A stretch of DNA of 63,253 bases, filler included, from Globobulimina sp. (taxonomy: Eukaryota), in the NCBI GenBank assembly GCA_003354225.1. It is 38 parts of 38 records of this genome, joined end to end, with 100 filler letters (N's around TTAATTAATTAA, not from the genome) between each part and the next. Parts side by side here need not be neighbours in the genome. Positions count along the whole stretch, not along the records: positions 35,024 to 36,590 come from PIVH01014732.1; positions 36,691 to 38,257 come from PIVH01014733.1; positions 38,358 to 39,924 come from PIVH01014734.1; positions 40,025 to 41,591 come from PIVH01014735.1; positions 41,692 to 43,258 come from PIVH01014736.1; positions 43,359 to 44,925 come from PIVH01014737.1; positions 45,026 to 46,592 come from PIVH01014738.1; positions 46,693 to 48,259 come from PIVH01014739.1; 30 more parts are not named here. The stretch is one strand, 5' to 3'. Below are positions 35,579 to 48,359 of this stretch, piece after piece (within the stretch, counting starts at the first letter, position 1; every line of letters starts with the position of its first letter). The position numbers and the translations under genes are program-made. The notes below the pieces were generated by a model. The model made no database searches. It had not been told where the DNA came from and saw only the letters and a program-made list of their open reading frames with translations.

Positions 35579-36590
35579 ATGACGTATCGTAAGAAAAGGA
35601 ATAACTCCCATTCAAAGCCATTAACGTTATCAGATGGCACAGAGGTGTATGAAATATCAGAATCATTTAGTGTTAATTCATTGATCGATATATCATTTTC
35701 ACGAAGTCGGCCGGTGCGCAGTCGGCATCAGGCAGAATTACGTAGTTTAGATAGCCATATTGTTGAAGAAACAATAAACACGGAATTAGCTAAATTAAAT
35801 TACATTGGTTGTTCATTAACAGCACCGGATAATGAAATAAATAAAAGAATAAATGCATGTTTCAATGAGGAAGAGAACAAATTATATTTATATAAAGATG
35901 CAAAAAACAGAGAAAAGATAGACAGAGAAAGAGATAAATCACCATATATTTTATATAATAATTTGATACAACAATTATCAAATTTTGCAAATGATTTAAA
36001 ACAATATGGAGCTGCTGACAGTAATATCGATATCGATCCAATCGATAAATCAAATGTAAGATTGTTAAGTGTTGCTGTTCAAAATTTAAATAATAAATTA
36101 CGAACAATTGGTAAAAATGATAAATATCAAAATATTTTACAAAAAGATTACAAGCGTTATGATAATATAAATAATGCGTTAAATGAAAAAATAGAAAATA
36201 TCAGCAATGGTAATCCTGAAAATCTAATAAAAAAATTAGATAATAATAGTGATGATACTGCGCATAGTGATGATACGTGGTTTTTATATGAAAAAAATAA
36301 AAGAATTAAAACAATGGGGACCTCTGACTCTCAATTTTTAGACATTGAATCGAGAACATCCAAACTGGAGAACTGTATTGGTTTTGTAACAGATATGGTA
36401 TGTTTGTGATTTATGTGCTTTGTATGCATGGCCTGCGATAATGCGTGAAATAAATAAATAAATAAAAAGAAAAATCCATATCCAGACACGTTGCATGCAG
36501 TGGATTTATTGGAGTCTAGATTCGAATATGTTTTTGGTTCCTCATGGATTAACATCAAACAGCAAGCAAATAAGATGATGAATGATTTAA
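35579..36590 (+). CDS. Dynactin subunit 2 (dynamitin)-like (3' partial, one intron)
   Basis: N-terminal EVYE motif, coiled coils, DIESRTSKLENCIG. Confidence 0.6.
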
Positions 36591-36859
36591 NNNNNNNNNN
36601 NNNNNNNNNNNNNNNNNNNNNNNNNNNNNNNNNNTTAATTAATTAANNNNNNNNNNNNNNNNNNNNNNNNNNNNNNNNNNNNNNNNNNNNCGATGTTGGC
36701 TCCATGCTCGACATTTGGCATTTAATGTCGGGCATTTAATGTTACCATGCAGACAGTTTTGCGGAAAAGTTTTTAGACTGCCGCAAATCTGTTGCACAAC
36801 TACAAAAGCTCCACACTTATGTTCCGCAAAAAAGGTGCCCAAATTATACAATATTAAAT

Positions 36860-38257
36860 TTACAATCGTTGAAATCCCACGGGAATCTCAGGAGACACAT
36901 GAATTGCGCCAGCTTGTGTTCCATGGATTTCAATATTTTCACTTGATTTAAAATTAAAATTCATGATCAACGTACCAATAACCAGAAATATTTCATTTTT
37001 GGCCAATTTCTTTCCAGCACAATCCCTTCTACCCCGTCCAAATGTCATCAATCTGTCATTATATTTAAATTTACCATCATGATTCAACCAGTTTTCAATA
37101 CAAATCCTACCTTCAACGTTGACAAAATCTCGACTTTCTTTGTTCATAAAATCAATATTAAAATAAATCTCTTGGCCTGAATACAAAACATATTCGTTCC
37201 CATTCTCCATTTTCAACTGAATATCCTCATACAATTTTCGTGGCAGTGTATGATGTCCAACAGAGGACAAACGAAGCGATTCATGTACGAATGCACGAAA
37301 CAATGGCATATCATTAATTTTTCGTAAATCAAACAGTTTAATCTCACAACTATTACTATACCAATGAATGTCCATTAATTCCTTTCGTATATCTGCGATT
37401 AATTTCGGGTATTTACAGCAATATAACACAATAAATTCCATAGTGGCAGCGGTCGTATTCGTACCCGCTGTAAAGGTGTTAATGATATCCGCGTGCGCTT
37501 CAGAATATATACAGTTATTTTTCGAAACAGAAAGCAATAATTCATCCAAATATGTCAAGGGATTCTCTTTTTTTCATTAATTTTGCGATTAAATCTGATA
37601 AATTATCTCTTGTGTCCTCAAATGGTTTGGTTAAAAACTTAAAATAATTCAGAAAGGGTAACAATGTAAATAGCAATGTTTTGGGTACAGATTTTTCAAG
37701 ATTTTCCAAAGCATTATTCAGTTCGATATATTCATTTGAATTGAAATCAATCGAATGTCCAAAGTTGATGTGATACACTGTATTGAAAGCAATATATCTC
37801 AAAATACTGCGTAAATAAATATTTTTGGCTCCATTGTGACATTCTTTCGTAATGTAAGGTATGACTGTCTGTTTCATCGTTTGTTGACAGATATTATTCA
37901 GCACAGTTGAGGTACCCATTCGAATGAAGGCAGATTGAAATAATACACGTCTTTGTTTCCAGTCATTGATGAATGCCCATGGATAAGTACCATCACTTGC
38001 GCTGAACAGTTTAATGTTCCCTGTAGTCACTTCAGGTGGCATTGGTCGGTTGACTAACTGTTTACTGTGCGAGGTAAACAGTCGTTTTGTCAAAGAATAA
38101 TCTGATACCAATATAATACCAGTATTTAATGGCAATAAACAAATAGGACCATAATTCACTGCACATTTGTTGAAATATGAACGAAGTTTAAATCCTATTG
38201 AAAATAGTACACCAAATAGAGGCAACCCAATTGGTCCTGGTGCCATTTTATAATATA
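36860..38257 (-). pseudogene. Cytochrome P450 with one frameshift at ~37560
   Basis: PGPIGLPLFG, WKQRR, AGTNTT, ESLR, FGRGRRDCAG; two overlapping ORFs with no intron between. Confidence 0.88.
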
Positions 38258-38576
38258 NNNNNNNNNNNNNNNNNNNNNNNNNNNNNNNNNNNNNNNNNNN
38301 NTTAATTAATTAANNNNNNNNNNNNNNNNNNNNNNNNNNNNNNNNNNNNNNNNNNNNTTAAAATATGTATACAATATTCCAGGAAACGCTTTTTCGATAT
38401 TAAATAGTATCATAATTACGAGACCAATATCCTATAAAACCACGCTAGAGCTACAACAATGAGGAAAATGCAATGTAAAGGAAAGAAAAAAAAAGTATAA
38501 CTTTAATAATAGATTTAATTAATAAATAAACAAAATAACAAAGTACAAGAAAAAATTACAAATTGCATGACATGTT

Positions 38577-39924
38577 TTATCGAATATGCAATGGAATAGA
38601 ATATGTCTGTGGTACAAATGTCTGATTTATATGATTCGATTTCGGTGGGAATATATTCCATAATCTCAATGTTTCGTCCCCCGCCCCAGTAACAATAGTT
38701 TGTCCGTCCGGCGATGCCGCCAAATACAAGACGCGGTACGTATGTCCCGTCAGCGTCACAATCTTATCCATCGAGGGATACTTCCAAACCACAATCTGAT
38801 TCAAAGAGTATCCGTGTGTCGATACAATCTCATTCACATTCTTACTCCACAGCAAATTGCAAACTTGCGATCCCGTATCAATACATTCTATCGACTTCAA
38901 CATATTATTGTTATTTGAACTTGAGATGTTCCAAAACTTAATGCATCGATCCGCGGTCCCGCCGCCCGACGCAATTAAGCCGGACTGATGCGGCGACCAC
39001 GTAATGGCCTTCACCGCCGCCTTATGCTTGCCTGAACACAGTGGCTTATGTACATTGCGCATATCCCAAATCACCAACTTATTGTCATTGCCGCCCGAGG
39101 CCAAATATAACGAATCATGGCTCCATTCTAAACCGCAAACTTCTTGCTTATGATACAATAATTTAGAGACAACGTCGCAGCCTGGAATACGAATATCGCG
39201 CAAAAAAATATTCCGATCGCGCGAGCCGGTGCATAATATATTGTTGTCGCGCCACGAAATGGAACTGATTCTATGAGCATGTTTGCCTGCACTGCTCGTA
39301 CTGGCTGACGTGTACAACGACGATTTCGCAGTGTCGAAAATAAATAAGTACCCAGCGCCACTCCCAACGGCTAACAAATCACTTCGTTTATCACCATCGC
39401 CGCCATGGCCGCCGCCGTATTTCTTGCTCCATCCCACACTGCAAACCATATCGCAGCCATCGTCCATGTCCATGAATTCTGCGAAATTGTCCGAAAATAA
39501 CGCAGTCAAATCGACCAATTTGGTCACTTGCGAAGTATGCGCCGACCATAAATACACACATTCGCCCAATCCGACTGATAATATGTTACATGTACTGCTC
39601 CAATCTACGAGATTTAAGTAGAAATCGTCGGTTAATCGCGGGGCATCGAGCACTTTGAAGGGTGATTTTGCGATATTTCGAATGGATTTGATACTGCGAC
39701 TTAATTGCGATTGGCTGTATTGTTTAAGCGGTGTCATTGCAATGGTGTTATTTTCATTTTGTACGTTATTTTCTTCATCTTCGTCATTGATGTTGTACCG
39801 CAATGTGCGTTGTGGCGAGGATAGGAAATTGGTGGCGATATTACTTGTAATTGCACCGCATTCGCAGACACATTCGTTGCTGTTGTTGTTGTTCAAAATG
39901 TCACTGTCGTCCTCGGAAAACGCG
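38577..39924 (-). CDS. FZR1: APC/C activator Cdh1/Fizzy-related (5' partial)
   Basis: PFKVLDAP..DDFYLNLVDWS, HKQEVCGL, GGGTADR, TGHTYRVLYLA, terminal IR tail. Confidence 0.95.
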
Positions 39925-40024
39925 NNNNNNNNNNNNNNNNNNNNNNNNNNNNNNNNNNNNNNNNNNNNTTAATTAATTAANNNNNNNNNNNNNNNNNNNN
40001 NNNNNNNNNNNNNNNNNNNNNNNN

Positions 40025-40435
40025 CTCCGGTCCAACTGACTCCTGGTAATAATCACCTGACATAACCCCCACAAATACAGAAGTCTTTTTCTCCTGAAGG
40101 TCTTTAAGAGGAATGCCTGAGTTTTCAATACAATTCCAGGTCTCCTCCAATAACAGACGCTGCTGGGGATCCATATTCTTAGCCTCCTTAGGAGAGATGG
40201 CAAAGAAACGGTTATCAAACCGGTCAATTTTATCCAAAAGACCACACCATTTACTGATACTTTTATTCGGTGCATCAATATCGGAAGAATAATATTCGTT
40301 ACTATCCCAACGATCGGGGGTTATTTCCCGAATGGAGTTCAAACCGCCAACCAAATTATCCCAAAAAACATCGATATTTTCCGATCCCGGGAAAACACCA
40401 CTCATACCAATTACTGCAAATTTATAATGATTCAT
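40025..40435 (-). CDS. Bacterial modular type I PKS, N-terminal ketosynthase (3' partial)
   Basis: GGAG 6 nt before ATG; FAVIGMSGVFPG, FWDNL, RFDNRFFAISPKEAKNMDPQQRLLLE, TSVFVG. Confidence 0.92.
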
Positions 40436-40445
40436 CACTAACTCC

Positions 40446-41575
40446 ATCATTTGATATGGAGATATGGGATTTTGCCGATGATAGTACCTGTAACAATGTA
40501 GATCATTGTTATACAATGGGCGATGGGCCACCTTCAAAGAACGCAGAATGCGGTGCAGAATTTGTTACATCATACACAGGAACACCCAATGCAGCAAAGA
40601 TAGGTTGCAATGGCGGGTCCAATGGCGGTTCAAATGATACAGTTCTCGATGGTGAATATAACATATCAATCAATATTGATTGTAATTGGGTTTATGATTC
40701 TGAATGGATTCAAGTAATTGGTATTTGTGATGCAATGATACCTGATCCTACTGATCCAGATTCAATTTATGATTCTCAAATAGTATGTAATGGAACAGCT
40801 GTATCCAGAAACTATTATGCTTCAAATGATGGCAGTTGTTCAGGAGATATTGTCCATGAAGAATTTTTTACAGATAATCCAACATTATTTGATTGTTCAA
40901 TGGGAATTTGCGGAGAAAATAATTTTATTAAATTTAGACGATTTGATGCTTGTAATACATCAGTTGCTGGATTTTCTACAATGAATGTGGTGATAAATCA
41001 ATGTTTTCATGATATTGAAGATGGTACGGATTATTTCGTAACATGTGATTCCAATTTAGATGGCTTTAGGTATGGCTATGACACTGGTGGTATGTTATTT
41101 AATTTTCATATATTTTCAGAAACAGCAACAAAACAAAAATGCGTAACCCGAAGTTTAAAAAGAATTCGTGCATTTAAACTTTTATTCGATTAGTCAAATA
41201 AATATAGAGTGTAGATGGATAAAATCAATTAACTGAATTACAGACTTTGCTTTCAGTTCAGTTAAGTGCACGAATTCTAAAACATATTTATATATATATA
41301 AAGATCCTAAATGCAGTGCTTTGACTGCTGATATGGCGCATTATACGGATTTAAATACGGAATGTGAAATGCACGGCGATGAAGAAGCAAGTTATGAAGT
41401 ATTGGCTTGTTATGGTTCTGTCACTTCTGAATCACCAACAAAATCGCCAACTGATGTACCGACTGATGTACCGACTACAACCACTATCATAACCACTGGT
41501 AATGTAGCTGCGGCAAATCGTATTTCAGATTATATATTTTCAATAATTACGGTTGTTATTTGTGCCTTTAGTTAA
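40446..41575 (+). CDS. Cys-rich secreted, probably GPI-anchored host protein (5' lost at chimeric junction; one intron)
   Basis: Asp/Cys-rich ORF; last exon SPTKSPTDVPTDVPTTTT then terminal hydrophobic stretch. Confidence 0.62.
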
Positions 41576-41691
41576 TAAATTAAAAAAAAAGNNNNNNNNN
41601 NNNNNNNNNNNNNNNNNNNNNNNNNNNNNNNNNNNTTAATTAATTAANNNNNNNNNNNNNNNNNNNNNNNNNNNNNNNNNNNNNNNNNNNN

Positions 41692-42039
41692 CAATGTTTT
41701 ATTGGATTTTTTTGATATTTGTTGAATTAATTGTCTTGATAATAGATTAATAATATTAAAATCATCAACCAAACCAAGAATTGTGTTGCTATTAAACTGT
41801 ATTTTCCCTGTTAGATTACTTATGCTTGCAGACGATGATACAATTTGTCCAATGCGTCCTCGTTGTGTAATGATTATAAATATTTTATTTGTAAAATTTT
41901 GAATCACAAATTCAAATGATTTGTTTTTAATTTTACATGACAATTGTTTAATTATTGGGAATTCTTGATTTGGTTCCTTTACCGATGGGACGTTTTGTGC
42001 CTCCTTTTTAATATCCTCACTATCAATCAATAATGACAT
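41692..42039 (-). CDS. PSMG3: Proteasome assembly chaperone 3 (3' partial)
   Basis: FP..KQ, FTNKIFIIITQRGRIG, ILG, LLSRQL. Confidence 0.75.
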
Positions 42040-42112
42040 TACAATATAGCAAAAAACCTTTCTCTGTTTTCTTTTACTTTAAAACATGGCACTGCCGTGA
42101 TCTAAAAACACA

Positions 42113-43258
42113 ATGCAATTGCAACATAAAAACTCTTCTGATGGTATCGATCCCCAAACACCACTGAAAGCCAAAGATAAAAGAGTAACTTTTGCAGTTT
42201 CTGAAAACGAGGACACAAAAACAGAAGAACGATCAATACCATCCCTTACCGTTGAATTACAACAAATTATTCATAAAATGAATCATAATAATAATGACAT
42301 GGACGAAACTTCACCAACGCCATATGTTACGCCATTAACTCACAATAACAATGATACAATGCATAGTATGGTATATGATATACAACCAACCTTTCGACAC
42401 GCACCAACCATAAGAGCCAATGCATTGGAACTGCCCCCTCGGCATTTGCAGCCAGAAAAGATTGAATACGAAATAGCCATCACATATTTACGCGACGCAT
42501 TAAAAATCCGCCCACCCCAACGCAGAATACGCCAATTATTGGGCGAAAACACGAGGTTTAAGCCCTTGACTGCTTATCGCATAATGAAGTCATGGTTATG
42601 GTCTCGGTTCATTTACTTCCTAATTTGGTTCAATATGTTATTGGCAGTCTGGGAACCACCGCAGGAACATTTGGCTGTTGCGCAATACTGGACTTTACAG
42701 CGAGTGCGCATAATCATCATATTCCAAATAATATTCATAGTTTTCTACTCATTTGACATATATTTGAAGTTTTATTCGCATGATAAACGGGAAATTGGTC
42801 AATGGACTTATATTATTTCATTTTGCCTCTTGTATACATTTCTCATCTCCATTCTGACATATTTTTTCTACGACATACATGCCTGTCAATTATTATATCG
42901 CTCCTCACGAGTAATCCGGCCATTTTTTCTATTTTATAAATCGCGCGATTTGAAGAAATTGGCACGTTCAATATTGCGAGGAATACCTTCGTTGTTCGAA
43001 GTTGGCGCATTGATTATTTTATTTTTATTGTTGTTCAGTTTTACTGCATATTATTTATTTTATGAAGGGGCACAATTTACGAAGTTAGGACAGGATAATC
43101 CAAATTTTAAATCTTTCTCAGAAAGTGTATTCTCATTAGTTATCTTACAAACCACTGCAAACTTCCCTGATGTGATGATGCCATCCTATCACAAATCAGA
43201 ATGGACCGCTTTGTTCTTTTTTATATACAATGTTTTAGGTATTTATTTTTTAATGGCG
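42113..43258 (+). CDS. Two-pore channel (TPC) family, first domain (3' partial)
   Basis: S4 SRVIRPFF; pore LQTTANFPDVMMPSY; LFFFIY..LG.YFLM. Confidence 0.92.
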
Positions 43259-43358
43259 NNNNNNNNNNNNNNNNNNNNNNNNNNNNNNNNNNNNNNNNNN
43301 NNTTAATTAATTAANNNNNNNNNNNNNNNNNNNNNNNNNNNNNNNNNNNNNNNNNNNN

Positions 43359-44925
43359 GTGGAAGCCTTCATTTATATCAATATTAAATTTCTTTGTTGT
43401 ATTGAAATTATTCCAATTAATTGCATTTTTTAAATTATTTCTGATTTTATCATCCGTTTTAAATAATAATTCAATCTTTAAATCATTCCATAACAATTTT
43501 ACAATTTTATGAATACAAGAAAGGTATGCTGGCGCTATTAAATTATTGATACTGCGAATGCATAGACCTCCGAATCCTTTTCCAATTGCAAAAATTTGTT
43601 TTGTTTCATCATTGATTGGGATATTTACTGCGGATTTAAGTATTTTTTCATGTATTTGATCTGCTTTAATTATCCACTCATTATTTTCATCAATTACATA
43701 CTTACCAACCTCGTCAATGTCAGGTATATTGTCGTTACATCGTAGAAAATAATTTAAATTTTCAAATTTTTCACATGAATTTAATAATTTATATTTATAC
43801 CAATAGCTGTCAATAGAATTAATAATATCAATTTTATTATCCATTTTATCTAATTTCTTATTCATCATTTTATTATAATTACCTTTTCCGCGCTGAATTC
43901 CAAGCATTTCAAACTCACAGTTTTCTAAAATCTTAAATTTATAGTTTGTGAAATATTGATTGGTGGCGGTATTCAATTTATCCCTATTATGCGTCAAAAT
44001 AATCTCTGTTTTCTTATTATTGAATTTATTTCCATATTTTATACCTATTTTTTTCTTTAATAAATGATTAATAATACATTTACGAATTGTGTCGCCTTTG
44101 TTTGTATCGTCAATATAATTTAATTCGATTAGTAATTCAATTGAATAATTTACGTCGGCCGCCATCTGACCGACTAATTCCATGATGTCTCTCTCGTTTA
44201 CAATGACAATAATATTCGTCACCGTGTTGCCTTGATGTAGGCCGTCGGACATTTCTTGTATTTTATTATCAAAAATTACCTTCGTCGGGCAACTATAATT
44301 TACGTAGGCGATAGGATACAAATTTGGTGCTTTGTTGTTCAAATTTATGAGCGATGGTTTACGTAGAATTCGATTAAAAAAATTTGCCATATCATCCTTC
44401 ATCAAAATCTTAATATTGTCTAAGTCCGAATTGTTACAAAATAGCATATCGATAATTTCATCATTAATATATTCATCGTCACCAAAAGTATACTTTTCAT
44501 TATTTAATATATTTTTTATTTTGTTTTTTTTATTTGGTTCAATATTAATTGATTGACATAAATTGCTGCCATTCTCTTCAATCAATCGGTTAATTCTCTT
44601 TTTTTCAAAATATTGGTCGTTTTTTTGTGTTGCATAATCAATAAATTTGTCCATTGAATGTACAATTATACTCAATGCATTTTTTTTGTTCATTCCATAC
44701 TGATTTTTAAGTTGAACTGCCGCTACACTCTCAATCTCCGAATATACAGAATATGAATTTGCGATTCTAATCAATATTTTATTCAAAATCAACGGTCTAA
44801 GATCTAATGGGTCTTTCTTAGGAATTGGTATCCCGTTCGACGTCATGATATTTACGATCTGGAATTCTGTCACTTTGTTATTGCATATTCTTTCAATGTA
44901 CTTCAAAAACCATTTATTATATTCT
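43359..44925 (-). mobile_element. Non-LTR retrotransposon reverse transcriptase, CRE-like (partial)
   Basis: IPIPKK..LRPL, NQYG, DMANFFNRI.R, GLHQG, YIDD, N..KT, MLG, GGLCI, APAY. Confidence 0.85.
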
Positions 44926-45025
44926 NNNNNNNNNNNNNNNNNNNNNNNNNNNNNNNNNNNNNNNNNNNNTTAATTAATTAANNNNNNNNNNNNNNNNNNN
45001 NNNNNNNNNNNNNNNNNNNNNNNNN

Positions 45026-46592
45026 CATGGCTATATCTATATAACGCAGCAATTCTTTTTCTTTTTGTTTCTTCATTCATACAATCACCATAATATTCAT
45101 CTTTTGTGGTATAATGAAAATCCAATTCTTGCAAGACTTGTAATTATCTGATTCTGATTTATTATGGATGGAATAATTTGAATTGGAATTTGCATTTTGT
45201 ACTTTTTCAATCTGTGCAATGGCACTGTAATCATCATTGACTTTATACTCTGTAGAATCAAGCACATATTTTGTAATTGTAAATTTTGTCGCATATTTAA
45301 CCATTTTTGTATCTGTTATCGGTTTTATATAATCAATATCATTCACACTATAACCACATCCATCATGCCACAATGTATCAATTGTTGTCAATCCGTCACC
45401 ATTCAACCCATATTTATTAATTGCTTCATTCATAAATTTATGACAATGATTGATCCATTTTTTACATAACACTGCGTCGACTGGTTTATGGACTGTACCA
45501 AATGTTTGTATGCCTTCACACATTCCATCCTGTATATCCTTGTATAAATCACTTATTCCTCGGTTATATTTGGCATTTTTTTTTACATGTGCTTTAACAT
45601 AGCCATTGAATAATTCCATCATTTGATGTTGTGGTGTGTTTGGCGAATTATATATTACTTTGTGTCCTAACTCCATAAATAATTTAGTTGTTTTTCTGAT
45701 AAAAACATCTTTTTTATGATCTTTAAGTGCTATCCAACACAAAACCCATAATTCTTCTCTATTTGCTCCATTTGGTGCCCTAACCGACCATATATTGTGT
45801 TTGAATTTAATCGGATTTCCATTTTTTCGAACTACAGTATACTCAGTCACTCCATTATCCAATAAAAATTGTATAAGTCTCGGTTTGTTCGAATCCATAG
45901 CTGGATATTCATCCCTAGCATCATGCGTTGTTGCATTATCAATCCAAAAAATCAATTTCTTCCTTTCTCTGTCACTTGAATCCAACTCAACTGTTTTCTG
46001 TTCACTTCTTCCAATGCCACTATTATATTTGCTTTCAAATGATGGTATAATTTTATTCTTAACATATGAATGAAACACATCACTATTCATTTGACCATGA
46101 TAATCTCCTCTCGTTTTTTCACATACAAATATCAATTCCGATGATTTCACCACTTCATTCCATTTGATATTTTTCGTAGATACACGAGGTAGTCTTTTAT
46201 TTATTCCTTCAACTTCCTTTCCATCATCATTCACACCATTTAACAATCCGTCTCTAGTTGCACAGTGAGCAAACACACAGCGTTTTCCTCCTCTTTTCTT
46301 GTTGATTTGAGTTCGAGCTTGAGCACTATGTTCCTTGATTTTTTTGTAAACTTTACAATCTGTTTTATTTTTGCAAGAATGAATCCAGGAATAACCATTT
46401 TGAGTGAATAAATTTGCCCAAGATTCATCCTCATATCCAATAACATAATTTTCTTTTTCTTGCAATTGAAGTGCATGGCTATATCTATATAACGCAGCAA
46501 TTCTTTTTCTTTTTGTTTCTTCATTCATACAATCACCATAATATTCATCTTTTGTGGTATAATGAAAATCCAATTCTTGCAAGACTTGTAAT
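45026..46592 (-). mobile_element. IS630-Tc1-mariner transposase core (DD107E) on a terminally redundant contig
   Basis: YEDESW, GDYHGQMN, WIDNATTH, SPNTP..MMELFNGYVK; 45026-45144 identical to 46474-46592. Confidence 0.9.
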
Positions 46593-47231
46593 NNNNNNNN
46601 NNNNNNNNNNNNNNNNNNNNNNNNNNNNNNNNNNNNTTAATTAATTAANNNNNNNNNNNNNNNNNNNNNNNNNNNNNNNNNNNNNNNNNNNNCACGTTAG
46701 TCAGTTAAGTACATATGTTATAATGACTTCATTTTCGCAATGCAACACAATGCCAATTGAAAATGAAAACGTTTTAATAATAAATATTTTCTTTAGTAAC
46801 AAAAACAACAATTATTTAGTAAATGCAAGCAAAAAAAATTAAAATCAAAAAAACAACCAAAACGATATGAAATATAAACATTGTCCAAACACCAGAAACA
46901 TTAATATCCAAAAAAAACAAATTGAGAAAGTGCGTAAATGAACCAGAATATGTCTTGTCTGTAATTCTGTGTTCTAAATACTTACAAAAAAATAAAAATA
47001 ACAATTTTAAAACAAAAAAACAAAACATTGTGCTCTTTACATTCAGCATTGCTAAAATTCAAAGAAAACCTAAACGAGATAGAAGTTGAAAACAAGGAAA
47101 AGCAAAACAAAACAAAAAAGTATATATTTTATAAATAAATAGAGAGAGATAATAAGTAAGATCGATTTATATATATATATATTATTAAATTATTAAAAAT
47201 GTACAATATTAATTTAAGTATTTAATTTTAT

Positions 47232-48259
47232 TTATTGAACCAATTGATTGTCACCAAATAATCGCTCAGCTTCGGCTCTTTCTTGCTGGGAACATTTAAA
47301 TTGTTCTTTGGGAACACCAGTTAGACAGTGACCACATTTTCGAATTAATTGCTTTAAAACCCTGCCAAAATGAAGAGTATCACCGCCAATTCTTTCAAAT
47401 TTGACCAAGAAGCATTTCTTTTGTATATCCTCGAATATTCGCACCTGGATAGTGACCGGAGCGGGGAAATTATGCGTAGCTAAATGGGCCTCCATGCACG
47501 CATTCTTCAAATCGATATTGGCGGTGCCACCTAATTCAATCACCCTTTTTTGGATATATTGCAATACGTAACGCGGCGGAAAGGTCGTATAAATGTCTTT
47601 GAGTGTAACACATTCTTTTGGTGATAATTGCGGTGCAATGCATTTAATTTTTTCGTCAGAAAACCATAATTCTAAATATAAATCATCTTTATTATCTAAG
47701 TATTTTTTAAAGTTTACATTATTTTGAATTTGCGGCAAATTACATATTTGTTGAACAGTGTGATTAATAACAATGGTCCTTTTAGCTTTATCATACGATT
47801 TACATTCATCTTCAAAGACAGATAAAATATCAATTTTATCAATATCATTATAACGAAGGTACGCTTCATACACATCGACAACATCTCGCACAATATCGCC
47901 TTCCCAATATTCTTCTCTTCGGTTTGGGTCTTTTTCGGTTAAATCGCGTTCTAAATCTTCCTGCATTTCTCTCTCCACACTGGAAGCCATCCGATCCGCA
48001 TTCCATATCTTTATAAAGCGGGTTATGTCTCTCTTGATGGAGTCTTGTAATTGCTTTTGTTTCTCGCTGTCCTCTCTCCTTTTGATCTCCATCAAGCGAT
48101 GCAATTTTCGCAACTCAGACGCTAAGTCTTTGGCATTTAAACTCTCGCCGTTGAACCATTTGTGTTTTTTAATACCGCGAATCGATATTCTTTTATTAAA
48201 GTCGTACCACAACATTCGTGTAATCAAATCCTTGGCAGGTCCCGGTATGCCGCATCCTC
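47232..48259 (-). CDS. CAMK-like kinase C-terminus with KA1-like domain (5' partial)
   Basis: AKDLITRML..KRISI..IKKHKWF (subdomain XI); FLVKFERIGGDTLHF. Confidence 0.8.
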
Positions 48260-48359
48260 NNNNNNNNNNNNNNNNNNNNNNNNNNNNNNNNNNNNNNNNN
48301 NNNTTAATTAATTAANNNNNNNNNNNNNNNNNNNNNNNNNNNNNNNNNNNNNNNNNNNN

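Noticed and set aside
17908-36832. Shared 13-mer TTTTTGCGGAACA at 17908-17920 and, reversed, 36820-36832
   Set aside because: Two copies of a partly low-complexity word are too few to call a regulatory motif.
39977-41193. ORF-track proteins 39977-40537 and 40270-41193 as overlapping antisense genes
   Set aside because: Each reads through a chimeric junction; only one half of each is real.
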